The notes under the pieces were generated by a model that was not told the origin of the DNA, made no database searches, and worked only from the letters and a program-made list of their open reading frames with translations. The translations under genes were made by a program, and so were the position numbers. Shown piece by piece: positions 28,867 through 37,965 of a stretch of DNA of 64,000 bases. Numbering within the stretch: position 1 is the first letter of the stretch; every line of letters starts with the position of its first letter. Source of the DNA: an archaeon (GTDB lineage: Archaea; Undinarchaeota; CAZHTU01; JBDRCC01); the NCBI GenBank assembly GCA_043822065.1, contig JBDRCC010000020.1, positions 80,598 to 144,597 of the forward strand, written 5' to 3'.

Positions 28867-29384
28867 AAATTTTGGTTGGCGTCACCGGTGCTTCAGGAGC
28901 GATATACGCAAAGCGCCTTATAGAAGAGCTGAACGGCAGTGAGGTCATAATAAGCGAGTCCGGGAAAAAGGTCGCAGAGCTCGAGGGCGTAGAGCTTCCC
29001 GAAGGGGACTATGGCTATAAGGACATGGCCGCCCCGCCAGCTTCCGGCTCGGCAGGCTACACCCACATGGTAATCATACCTTGCTCTATGAAAACCCTTG
29101 CCTGTGTCGCGAACGGCATCTCTGACAACCTGATAACCCGTGCGGCTGACGTCATCCTGAAGCAGAGGGGAAAGCTTGTCGTCGTCCCGCGCGAGACCCC
29201 GCTAAGCCTCATCCACATCAAGAACATGGAGCGCATAACCCTCGCCGGCGGGATAGTCCTCCCCGCCATGCCTGGGTTCTACCACAAGCCTAAAACAATA
29301 GGCGACCAGGTTGATTTTGTCGTTGGAAAGGTATTAGAAACTCTCGGTATTAATCATAACCTGTACAAAAAATGGGGAAAATAA
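28863..29384 (+). CDS. ubiX: Flavin prenyltransferase
   Basis: [39 protein letters not shown]. Confidence 0.95.
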   Translation: MKILVGVTGASGAIYAKRLIEELNGSEVIISESGKKVAELEGVELPEGDYGYKDMAAPPASGSAGYTHMVIIPCSMKTLACVANGISDNLITRAADVILKQRGKLVVVPRETPLSLIHIKNMERITLAGGIVLPAMPGFYHKPKTIGDQVDFVVGKVLETLGINHNLYKKWGK

Positions 29385-30187
29385 ATAGACTCAGAAAGCC
29401 GAAGCAGAAGCGCAGCCTTACGGTCCTCAAGCTCGGCGGCAGCGTCGTCACAAAGAAGGCGAACGCATTCACGCTTTCCGACCACCTCCCTCGGTTGGCC
29501 AAGGAAATCAAGGGCTCGGGGGTGCGAAACCTGATAATCGTCCACGGCGGCGGCTCGTTCGGCCACTATCCTGCGCACAAGCACGAAATAAACAAGGGGT
29601 TCAAGCACGAGTCCCAGATTTTCGGCTTTGCAGAGACCCAGAAGGCGATGGAAGTGCTGAACAACCACGTCGTAGAAGCCCTTCAGGCGGAGGGCATACC
29701 CGCCTTTCCAATACAGCCCTCCGCAATAACCATAATGGAGAACGGTAAAATCAAGATATTGTACTCCGGAATAGTCAAGCGCGCCCTGCATATAGGGCTG
29801 GTCCCAGTCCTCTACGGCGTCCCGGCACTTGACCTGAAAATGGGCTTCTGCATACTTTCCGGCGACGAAATCGTAAACAACCTCGCAAACAACCTCAAGG
29901 CGACGCGCGTCCTCCTTGCCTCCGACGTCACCGGTGTCATGACTGCCGACCCGAAAACTGCAAAAACCAAGCCAAAGCTCATAAAAACTGTCACAGAGAA
30001 GAACTATAAGCGGCTCAGGCTTTCACTCCCTGGCGTCACTGACGTCACAGGGGGAATGTGGAAAAAGGTGAACGAGCTGCTGAATCTTGCAAAGTTTGGC
30101 ATCCAGAGCGAGATAATCGATGCCACCCTCCCTGGAAACCTGAAGCGCGCGCTTCGCGGGGAAAAAATAGGGACTACGATAAAATGA
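29372..30187 (+). CDS. ipk: Isopentenyl phosphate kinase
   Basis: [24 protein letters not shown]. Confidence 0.92.
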   Translation: MGKINRLRKPKQKRSLTVLKLGGSVVTKKANAFTLSDHLPRLAKEIKGSGVRNLIIVHGGGSFGHYPAHKHEINKGFKHESQIFGFAETQKAMEVLNNHVVEALQAEGIPAFPIQPSAITIMENGKIKILYSGIVKRALHIGLVPVLYGVPALDLKMGFCILSGDEIVNNLANNLKATRVLLASDVTGVMTADPKTAKTKPKLIKTVTEKNYKRLRLSLPGVTDVTGGMWKKVNELLNLAKFGIQSEIIDATLPGNLKRALRGEKIGTTIK

Positions 30188-31182
30188 CTGCGATAAAGAA
30201 ACGAAAAGCGGACCACATAAACATCTGCATGGAGATGGGAGTCGAGTCCGGGTTCACCGGGTTTGAAAGCTTGAACTTTGCCCACAGGATTCCCACGATA
30301 AGCAAGAAGGACATTTCAACAAAAGTCAAGTTCCTCAAGTGGGAGTTTGACCTTCCTTTCCTGATATCCTCAATGACCGGCGGATGCAAGGAGGCAATTG
30401 ACATAAACCGCAACCTTGCGGGCGCGGCGCAGTCCATGAACGTCCCGATTGCCCTCGGCTCCGGCAGGGCCGCGCTTGACGACAAGTCACTGGCAAAAAG
30501 CTACTCTGTCGCCAGGAAGGCAGCGCCAAACGCAGTCATATTCTCAAACATCGGCGCCCACCAGCTTAAGGAGTACTCCCCCTCGCAGATAAGCGAGCTG
30601 GTAAAAATGGTAGACGCAGACGGAATTTTTGTCCACTTCAACCCGCTTCAGGAGGCAATCCAGCCGGAGGGCGAGACAGACTTTAGAAACGTGTTTTCTG
30701 ACGTCAAAAAGCTTGCGTCGTCAGCGAAAGTGCCGGTAATCGCAAAGGAAACCGGCTGCGGATTCTCAGGCGAGGACGCCAAGAAGCTCGAAAAGGCAGG
30801 CGTCGCGGCAATAGAGATAGCCGGATGGGGCGGAACAAACTTCTCGCTTGTAGAAGCATACCGCAGAAAGGATGAAATCGGCAGGACTTTCAGTGCCTGG
30901 GGGATACCAACCCTCCAAAGCCTGATGGAATGCGTCGACGCAGTCAAGATACCCATCATATGCTCCGGCGGGATGCGCACCGGAATAGACGCTGCCAAGG
31001 CAATTGCCGTCGGGGCGTCCCTTATCGGCTTTGCCAAGCCCCTGCTCGGGCCTGCAGTGACAAGCAAGGCGGCAGTAGAGCAAAAGCTCCAGCACATAGC
31101 TTCAGAGCTGAAAATATCCATGTTCCTTACCAACTCCAAGAACCTTCCTGAGCTAAGGAAAGCAAAACTCTACGTGATATAA
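30184..31182 (+). CDS. fni: Type 2 isopentenyl-diphosphate delta-isomerase
   Basis: RKADHI, MTGG, HFNPLQE, KETGCG, GGTNF, WGIPT; start moved to MTAIK. Confidence 0.95.
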   Translation: MTAIKKRKADHINICMEMGVESGFTGFESLNFAHRIPTISKKDISTKVKFLKWEFDLPFLISSMTGGCKEAIDINRNLAGAAQSMNVPIALGSGRAALDDKSLAKSYSVARKAAPNAVIFSNIGAHQLKEYSPSQISELVKMVDADGIFVHFNPLQEAIQPEGETDFRNVFSDVKKLASSAKVPVIAKETGCGFSGEDAKKLEKAGVAAIEIAGWGGTNFSLVEAYRRKDEIGRTFSAWGIPTLQSLMECVDAVKIPIICSGGMRTGIDAAKAIAVGASLIGFAKPLLGPAVTSKAAVEQKLQHIASELKISMFLTNSKNLPELRKAKLYVI

Positions 31183-32166
31183 ATGCCGATTGTAGGACTA
31201 CTGCTATACGTAATACAACTCCTTTCCGAGCTTATAATCGGGATGCTGCAGGCGGTTGTCATAATCATTGCCACAATCATCTCCCAGCTGTTCGAGATGA
31301 AGCGGATTAAAACATACCTTGAGCTCTCCAGGGCAGGGAACAGCATCCTCACCGCGCTTTTTGTCATCGTTGTCTGCCTCATGAGCGGCCTGAACCGCTA
31401 CGATCTCATGTTTTCCGCAGCCGCAGCCGCCACACTAGTAACTGCCGCAGGAAACTCGATAAACGACTACTTTGACCGAGGGATAGACAAGATAAACAAG
31501 CCCAAGCGCCCGATACCATCTAGGCGGGTTTCGGCAAAATACGCATACCATTACTCCCTGCTGCTGTTTGCGGCTGGAATTGTGATAGCGGTCTTCATCA
31601 ATGTCCCGACCGCGTTCATAGCAATCGTCAACGCATTCGTGCTCTATGCCTACGCCGCTAGGTGGAAGCGCAGCGGGTACTTTGGGAACATAGTCGTCAG
31701 CTATCTTGCCGCAAGCGTGTTCATCTTCGCCGCCGGAGTCGCCAGCACCCTTTTCAGCTGGCTCATAGGTTTCACAATCGCGGTTTTCGCATTCCTCGTA
31801 ACTATGGGGCGGGAAATATCAAAGGACATGGAGGACTTCGTCGGGGACAGCTCGGTCAACGCGAAGACCCTGCCAGTAATCAGGGGAATGCCTTTTTCAG
31901 GCAAGGTCGCAAGCAGCTACCTCGGGGTTGCAATCTGCTTCAGCTGGGTACCCTACCTGCTTGGCGTCTTCACTTCATTTTACCTGATAATAATCTGCCT
32001 CGCAGATATCATCCTGCTGTCTGCGATATACCTGCTTGTAGAGAAGCCAAGTGAGGAGTCCGGCGCCAACGTCCAGAAGGCGCTCAAGGCTGCCATGTTC
32101 GTCGCCCTGATAGCCTTTATTGTCGGCTCTCCGAATATTTATGAACTAGTAGCCAGTTTACTATAA
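31183..32166 (+). CDS. Digeranylgeranylglyceryl phosphate synthase (UbiA family); alternative start at 31297
   Basis: NSINDYFDRGIDKINKPKRPIPS, REISKDMEDFVGD. Confidence 0.9.
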   Translation: MPIVGLLLYVIQLLSELIIGMLQAVVIIIATIISQLFEMKRIKTYLELSRAGNSILTALFVIVVCLMSGLNRYDLMFSAAAAATLVTAAGNSINDYFDRGIDKINKPKRPIPSRRVSAKYAYHYSLLLFAAGIVIAVFINVPTAFIAIVNAFVLYAYAARWKRSGYFGNIVVSYLAASVFIFAAGVASTLFSWLIGFTIAVFAFLVTMGREISKDMEDFVGDSSVNAKTLPVIRGMPFSGKVASSYLGVAICFSWVPYLLGVFTSFYLIIICLADIILLSAIYLLVEKPSEESGANVQKALKAAMFVALIAFIVGSPNIYELVASLL

Positions 32167-32168
32167 CC

Positions 32169-32927
32169 ATGATTCCAGGAAAAATAGAGAACTACCTCAA
32201 TAAAAGAAAAGCAGAAGAAGGGTGCCTCTTCTTTGGCGTAATCGACCCAGTCGACCACCTCAGCATAGAGTCTGCGGTAAAGGCCGCGGTGCAGACCTAC
32301 AAGGACGGTGCGGACGCGATTGTCGTAGGTGGCTCAATCGGGGCGCAGGGATTCATACTCAACCGGACAATCAAGGGAATCAAGGAGCAGACTGACGCAC
32401 CGGTCATCCTCTTCCCGGGAAACATCGCGACAATAAGCCCGTATGCCGACGCGATATACTTCATGTCAATGTACAACTCAAGGAACCCGTACTGGATATT
32501 CGGCGCCCAGCTGATGGCTGCGCCGGTCATAGAGAGCATGAAGCTCGAATCCATCCCAACTGCTTACCTCATGGTCGAGCCGGGCGGGACTGCCGGCTGG
32601 GTTGCTGACTGCAAGCTCATACCAAGGGACAAGCCGAACTTCGCGGCTTATTCCGCACTGGCGGCTGACTTGATGGGTTCAAGGTTCGTGATAACTGATG
32701 TCGGCTCTGCGGCGCCAGCCCCTGTGCCAGCCAAGATTGTTGAAGCGGTCCGCAAGTCAATATCCGGCTTCTACATCGTCGCTGGCGGCATAAGGTCGCC
32801 GAAGCAGGTCAAGGACATAGTGTGCGCCGGCGCTGATGCGATACACGTCGGCACTGCGATTGAGAAGAAGGGCAGCGTCTCAAACCTCATCAGGGCCTGC
32901 AAGTCAGAGGCAAAAAAGCGCCTATAA
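32169..32927 (+). CDS. Geranylgeranylglyceryl phosphate synthase (PcrB/GGGPS group II-like)
   Basis: IDP, VGGS, PVILFPG, NSRNPYWI, YLMVEPGG, GGIR; YLEAGS motif altered to ITDVGS. Confidence 0.88.
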   Translation: MIPGKIENYLNKRKAEEGCLFFGVIDPVDHLSIESAVKAAVQTYKDGADAIVVGGSIGAQGFILNRTIKGIKEQTDAPVILFPGNIATISPYADAIYFMSMYNSRNPYWIFGAQLMAAPVIESMKLESIPTAYLMVEPGGTAGWVADCKLIPRDKPNFAAYSALAADLMGSRFVITDVGSAAPAPVPAKIVEAVRKSISGFYIVAGGIRSPKQVKDIVCAGADAIHVGTAIEKKGSVSNLIRACKSEAKKRL

Positions 32928-33641
32928 CAGCGCAACTGCGACAGCTATCGGAATTGTGAAATTGTCGTCTATGGGCAGGTTCAGCCAGTCCATAAGCATT
33001 CCTATCACCGCAGCTATCAGCGCCATGTTCGGCGCGATAACTGTCTTGCATATCATGAACGCGGCTATCAGCCCTGCAAAGCTGCCTTCCGCTGTCCTGT
33101 TCTCCGCAATTTTCATCGTCCCGAACGCCATCCCGAACGCGGTCGAAAACGAATCGCCGAATGCGAGCACGAGCACGGCAGCCATTACGGCACTCTCATG
33201 CGGCGCAAGCCCGAGGAGCGGCGGCAGGACTCCGAAGAGGAAAATAGTCAAAAAGACCCCAATCGAGTAGAAAATTGCGCCCTTGAACGGTCTGACATCA
33301 GCCCTCTCAAAATGGCGGAGTGAATGCGACGCAAAAGGCACCTTAACCCCTCTGCCCACTAGCTGGGATACGGTAGCAAATACAAGCATCACAGCAGATG
33401 CGATTGCCAATGCTTCGAGCATGCCCCAGAGCATTATAGAGTAAACTATGAGTATCCCATACGACAGGTGGACTATCTGCCTGCCTTTCTCCCTGTACTT
33501 TGTGTGCGGGAGCATCTTTACCACAAAAAGAACAGCTATTGACGCGATGCAGGTCAGGAAGAAGTCGTCAATTCCGTGGAGGCTGCCTAGCAGCAATGTC
33601 ATAATTGTAGCGCCAGTGGCGGTTATAACAACTTTTCTCAT
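32922..33641 (-). CDS. Dolichol/phytol kinase-like CTP-dependent membrane kinase (SEC59/VTE5-like)
   Basis: RQIVHL, LAFGDSFST..G..FG, RTAEGS, DDNFTIP. Confidence 0.82.
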   Translation of the reverse strand: MRKVVITATGATIMTLLLGSLHGIDDFFLTCIASIAVLFVVKMLPHTKYREKGRQIVHLSYGILIVYSIMLWGMLEALAIASAVMLVFATVSQLVGRGVKVPFASHSLRHFERADVRPFKGAIFYSIGVFLTIFLFGVLPPLLGLAPHESAVMAAVLVLAFGDSFSTAFGMAFGTMKIAENRTAEGSFAGLIAAFMICKTVIAPNMALIAAVIGMLMDWLNLPIDDNFTIPIAVAVALL

Positions 33642-34912
33642 TTTTTTCTCCCCTTCATGTAGAAGTATATCGGCATCCCGCTGATGACTAGCCCGCCCCC
33701 TATCGATAGGTACACCCAGCTGGTTTGGCTAAGGAGGAATAGGGATAGCCCGACAGCGATTGCAACGACGACATGCACAAGCGGGACTTTATATGGTATG
33801 TTCTTCAGCCGCTTCCTTTCGACCAGGACGGAAAGAAATACTGGTATGTACATAAACATTGCGACAACAACCAAAATACCGATTATCTCCTCAAATCCGC
33901 CCAGCAGGATTGCAAGCGATGCAAATGCCATCTGGAACAAAAGGGACTTGTACGGCGTGCCAAGCTTCCCGTGGACTGCGCACAGGAAGTTGGGGAAGAG
34001 GCCGTCCCTTGCAAGTGCAAATGGAAGCCTGGCAGTCCCGGCAACCCATGAGTTCAGGCACCCCAGGAGAACCGCAACCGCGCCGCCCGCGATTACCAAA
34101 GCGCCCTTTTTCCCAAGGAACACCTCTGATGCAACCGCAAGCGGGTACTTTGACGCCGCTATGGACGACTGGTCTATCAGCCCAAGGGTGACGAATATCA
34201 CTGCGCAGTAAATCAGGGTTACAAAGACGCTGGAGTAAACCACCGCCCTAGGAACGTCCCTCGTCGGGTTTTTGGCGTCCTCTGCAAAATATGTTATTGT
34301 CTCCCACCCCATAAACGGCTCTACCACCCATACTGCCGCCGCAAGCAGAATTGGCAAAGTAACTACTTGGGTGGGCCTGAAATTTGAGATGTCAATCCAG
34401 TATACTCCCCACGTCACGAACATCCACAGCACCAGGATGGAGATTGTGGTAAGGATGTACTGTGCCTTCAGCCCCCACTTCATCCCGAAGATGTTTATCG
34501 CAGTTATCAGCACGAGGATTGCGATTGCGAGGGCAATTTCCATCCCGTGCCCCATCGGAACGAAATACGATATGTAGAAGCTTGTCGCAATCGCGAGCGA
34601 AGCTATCGTAACCCAGCTGACCAGCCAGGCAGACCATCCGGAGACAAACCCTGCGAACTCCCCGAAAGCCTCCTTTACGAATATGTAAGGTCCGCCCGCG
34701 TTTGGGTGGATGCTTGAGAGCTCGGCAAAGCAGAGCGCCATGAATATCGTCAGGACTCCGAGCTCAAGCCATACGAAAAATGATGCGACCCCTGCGATGT
34801 TCGTAACTATCGCCGGGATTACGAATATGCCGGTCCCGACTATCGCGCCTATCCCAAAAAAGACAAGCTCCACAAGCCCTAGGTTTTTTGATAGACGCCC
34901 GGCTTTTTCCAT
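33638..34912 (-). CDS. APC-family amino acid permease
   Basis: GAIVGTGIF, FAELSS..PNAGG.Y, GWE, AEDAKNP. Confidence 0.9.
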   Translation of the reverse strand: MEKAGRLSKNLGLVELVFFGIGAIVGTGIFVIPAIVTNIAGVASFFVWLELGVLTIFMALCFAELSSIHPNAGGPYIFVKEAFGEFAGFVSGWSAWLVSWVTIASLAIATSFYISYFVPMGHGMEIALAIAILVLITAINIFGMKWGLKAQYILTTISILVLWMFVTWGVYWIDISNFRPTQVVTLPILLAAAVWVVEPFMGWETITYFAEDAKNPTRDVPRAVVYSSVFVTLIYCAVIFVTLGLIDQSSIAASKYPLAVASEVFLGKKGALVIAGGAVAVLLGCLNSWVAGTARLPFALARDGLFPNFLCAVHGKLGTPYKSLLFQMAFASLAILLGGFEEIIGILVVVAMFMYIPVFLSVLVERKRLKNIPYKVPLVHVVVAIAVGLSLFLLSQTSWVYLSIGGGLVISGMPIYFYMKGRKK

Positions 34913-34953
34913 CGCTCTCTTTAAATATTACCATATTATATAAATCCTTACAA

Positions 34954-36498
34954 ATGGACACGATTCTTGTTGTTGATTTTGGCTCTCAGGTAGCCCATTT
35001 GATATCGCGGAGGGTGCGCGAATTGGGCGTCTATTCCGAGATAATCCCCTACGACACCAGCATCATTTCGCTAAATAAGAAGATAAAAAAGCTCAGCGTC
35101 CGAGGCATAATACTTTCAGGCGGGCCTGACTCAGTCAGGGGTGGGCCAAAGGTCCCGAAGCAGATGTTCTTCCTTGGAGTCCCGGTGCTCGGAATATGCT
35201 ACGGCCACCAGCTAATCGCCCACATGCTCGGCGGAAAGGTAGTGCCATCCAAGCAGAGGGAGTACGGCTTTTCAGTCCTAAGGCACAAGCCAGGCTCCAC
35301 GCTGCTCAAGGGCCTCAAGCCAGAGGAGCGGATATGGATGAGCCACGGGGACACCGTCTCCGAACTGCCGCCTGGATTTAAGGGGATAGCGTCGACGCCC
35401 AAAATAAAAATAGCAGCATTCGAGGGCCCGAACGGAATCTACGGCGTCCAGTTCCACCCAGAGGTCAGGCACACAGTCTCGGGCATGAAAATCCTGCGGA
35501 ACTTCCTTACAATCTGCAAGGCAAAACGCGACTGGGCAATGGGCGATTTCATAAAAACCCAGGTCGCTGGGCTGAGGCGGCAGATAGGCTCCGGGCGCGT
35601 AATCCTCGGGTTAAGCGGCGGCGTCGATTCCTCCGTTGCGGCAGTCCTTCTGGACAAGGCAGTCCACGAAAACCTCCACTGCGTTTTTGTCGACAACGGG
35701 CTGGTCCGCCTTGGGGAGCCGGAATATGTCGCATCCACTTTCAAGAAGCACTTGGGGTTCACACACTTCCATTCCATCGATGCAAGCAAGGAGTTCCTTT
35801 CCAAGCTTGCCGGGGTCACAGACCCTGAAAAAAAGAGAAAGATAATAGGGGAGACATTCATCCGCGTCTTCGAGCGGAAGGCGCGCGAGCTTGAGAAGAA
35901 GCACGGAACGTTTGACTTCCTTGCCCAGGGCACGATATACCCTGACCGCATAGAGTCCGCAAAGGCAAGCAGGGCTTCCACCAGGATTAAGAGCCACCAC
36001 AATGTCGTCCTCCCCAAAAAGATGAGGCTCAAAGTCGTCGAGCCGCTCAAGGACTTGTACAAGGACGAAGTCCGCGTCGTGGGCAAAAAGCTCGGCCTCC
36101 AGAAGGGGATACTCTGGCGCTGGCCGTTCCCTGGCCCAGGGCTTGGGGTCAGGTGCCTTGGAGAGGTTACAAAAGAAAAGCTCGAGATACTCAAGAAGGC
36201 AGACAAAATCGTCGACTACGAGCTGAAGAAGGCAGGCCTTGAGGGCCGCATCTGGCAGGCGTTCCCAGTAATCCTCCCTGTAAAATCGGTCGGCGTCATG
36301 GGGGACTCGCGCACATACTCCTTCATCGTCGCCATACGCTCGGTCGAGAGCGTCGACGCGATGACCGCGAACTTTTCAAAGCTCGACTGGGCGCTTCTCG
36401 AGCACATAGCCTCAAGGATAGTCAACGAGGTCAAAGGGGTAAACCGAGTACTATACGACATAACCAACAAGCCGCCGGCGACCGTCGAGTTCGAATAG
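34954..36498 (+). CDS. guaA: GMP synthase (fused glutaminase plus synthetase)
   Basis: DFGSQ, GICYGHQ, QFHPEV, SGGVDS, KSHHNV, KPPATVEFE. Confidence 0.97.
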   Translation: MDTILVVDFGSQVAHLISRRVRELGVYSEIIPYDTSIISLNKKIKKLSVRGIILSGGPDSVRGGPKVPKQMFFLGVPVLGICYGHQLIAHMLGGKVVPSKQREYGFSVLRHKPGSTLLKGLKPEERIWMSHGDTVSELPPGFKGIASTPKIKIAAFEGPNGIYGVQFHPEVRHTVSGMKILRNFLTICKAKRDWAMGDFIKTQVAGLRRQIGSGRVILGLSGGVDSSVAAVLLDKAVHENLHCVFVDNGLVRLGEPEYVASTFKKHLGFTHFHSIDASKEFLSKLAGVTDPEKKRKIIGETFIRVFERKARELEKKHGTFDFLAQGTIYPDRIESAKASRASTRIKSHHNVVLPKKMRLKVVEPLKDLYKDEVRVVGKKLGLQKGILWRWPFPGPGLGVRCLGEVTKEKLEILKKADKIVDYELKKAGLEGRIWQAFPVILPVKSVGVMGDSRTYSFIVAIRSVESVDAMTANFSKLDWALLEHIASRIVNEVKGVNRVLYDITNKPPATVEFE

Positions 36499-37449
36499 TC
36501 AGATAAAAAGATACAGCATATTCCCGAATATCAGCGTCGCGAATATCGCTATAAGGAAGACTGGCACAAACGGCAAGCCCCACTTCACTATAAAACCATC
36601 CTGCAACTTCCCGCTTTCCACGAGCTTGTTTATCTCCGCAACCTGGTCCTTCGTCAGCCCGTTCGGGTCTGAGGAGTCATAGACTACCTTTGCCGCACGC
36701 TTCCTCCGAGCCTTTGTGCTTTCCTTTTCAGGCACCTTAAGCAGCTTCTTTCCCTCCTGCAGTATGTCGACCGTGAGGAGGTCGAACTCCACGAGCTGCT
36801 TTGCCCTCGCCGGAAGCCTGAAGCAGACATCCTCAACGACCTTGACGAACTTCACCAGCACCCAAAACATCGGAACGAGCGCAGCCAGTGCCAGCAGGGG
36901 GTACATCAGCATAAGCGCAGCCGCGCCCCACACCCCAAGGCTGTAGTTTATGTACAGCCCGGCTGCAAGCAGCATCCCAGCCACGAGGGCGAGCAGCCCA
37001 GCAATCTCCTTTGCGCCAGCCGAGACCGAAAGCCTGAACCTGCTCTTGACATCCTTGTTCCCAAGCGAAATCCCGACCGAGTAGGCTATCGAGTAAAAAA
37101 ACGCCACTATGAAGACGTTGATGAAATAGTCGAGCAAAAAGTACTGCCCTCCCCAGGTAAGCCCGCCGAACATTATGCCAAGCGCGGCAAGTATCTTGAC
37201 GTCCGCCCCGCCCCACTGCCCCATCATGAACATTATGTAGCCGAAAATAAAAAGCGCCACCCCCGCAACTGCGGCGTAGACTGCTATGTGCATGTCCCCG
37301 TAGTAAAATCCTGCAGCTAGCTGGTAGACAAATGCGGCTATTATGAACCCGTCAGTGACCTTGTCGTCAACCTCCCGCGTCTTGATGTCGAGCCAGCTTG
37401 TGTAGGCAAGGTATATTGTCGCCGCAAGCACCGGCAAAAGAAAATTCAT
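36499..37449 (-). CDS. Prepilin peptidase, A24 family (FlaK/PibD/EppA-like)
   Basis: WLDIKTREV first Asp, WGGADVK, C-terminal PFVP. Confidence 0.88.
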   Translation of the reverse strand: MNFLLPVLAATIYLAYTSWLDIKTREVDDKVTDGFIIAAFVYQLAAGFYYGDMHIAVYAAVAGVALFIFGYIMFMMGQWGGADVKILAALGIMFGGLTWGGQYFLLDYFINVFIVAFFYSIAYSVGISLGNKDVKSRFRLSVSAGAKEIAGLLALVAGMLLAAGLYINYSLGVWGAAALMLMYPLLALAALVPMFWVLVKFVKVVEDVCFRLPARAKQLVEFDLLTVDILQEGKKLLKVPEKESTKARRKRAAKVVYDSSDPNGLTKDQVAEINKLVESGKLQDGFIVKWGLPFVPVFLIAIFATLIFGNMLYLFI

Positions 37450-37934
37450 ACGACTTTCCCGCCCTGGTACCTTCCCGAGTATGCCTTCGTCCTGCCTTCA
37501 ACAGTCTCAAAGACAATCTGGCATATCCTCGCGCCCCTCTCAAGGGCAAGGTTGTAGTGGCCGTCATTCTTCAGGCCGACCGTGAGCTTCCCCTTGTAAC
37601 CTGGGTCGACGACCGCGTGCCTCAGGCTTCCGCCCATCCTGAAGAGCGAGCTCCTTGGGAGAAGCCTCGCAAGCAGGTCGTCCGGCATGTTGACTTTCTC
37701 CATTGTGTCGACCAGGACGTACTCGTTTGGCTTTATTATGAACTTCTCGCCGCCAACCTTCTCTACCTCGGGCATCACCCTCTCATCCTTGCCGAGCTTA
37801 CCCTCACCCGTTGCGCGGTATACGGAATCCAGCCTCAGGTCGACTCCGGCGCCGCCGACGTTCGCATGCTCAGAATTCTCTAACAGCATCTCCTTCTCAA
37901 CTCGTTTTACAATCTCTTCGTATCCAAGTATCAT
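37446..37934 (-). CDS. dCTP deaminase/dUTPase family protein
   Basis: GVDLRL, PRSSLFRMG, VDPGYKG, RICQIVF, YSGRYQ; start at MILGY. Confidence 0.88.
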   Translation of the reverse strand: MILGYEEIVKRVEKEMLLENSEHANVGGAGVDLRLDSVYRATGEGKLGKDERVMPEVEKVGGEKFIIKPNEYVLVDTMEKVNMPDDLLARLLPRSSLFRMGGSLRHAVVDPGYKGKLTVGLKNDGHYNLALERGARICQIVFETVEGRTKAYSGRYQGGKVV

Positions 37935-37965
37935 ACGACCCCAATGGAGCCGAGAAATAAAAACC

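Noticed and set aside
25388-29384. Ubiquinone synthesis or aromatic-acid decarboxylation role for ubiD/ubiX
   Set aside because: Context with mvk, AcnX subunits and ipk points to the archaeal mevalonate pathway.
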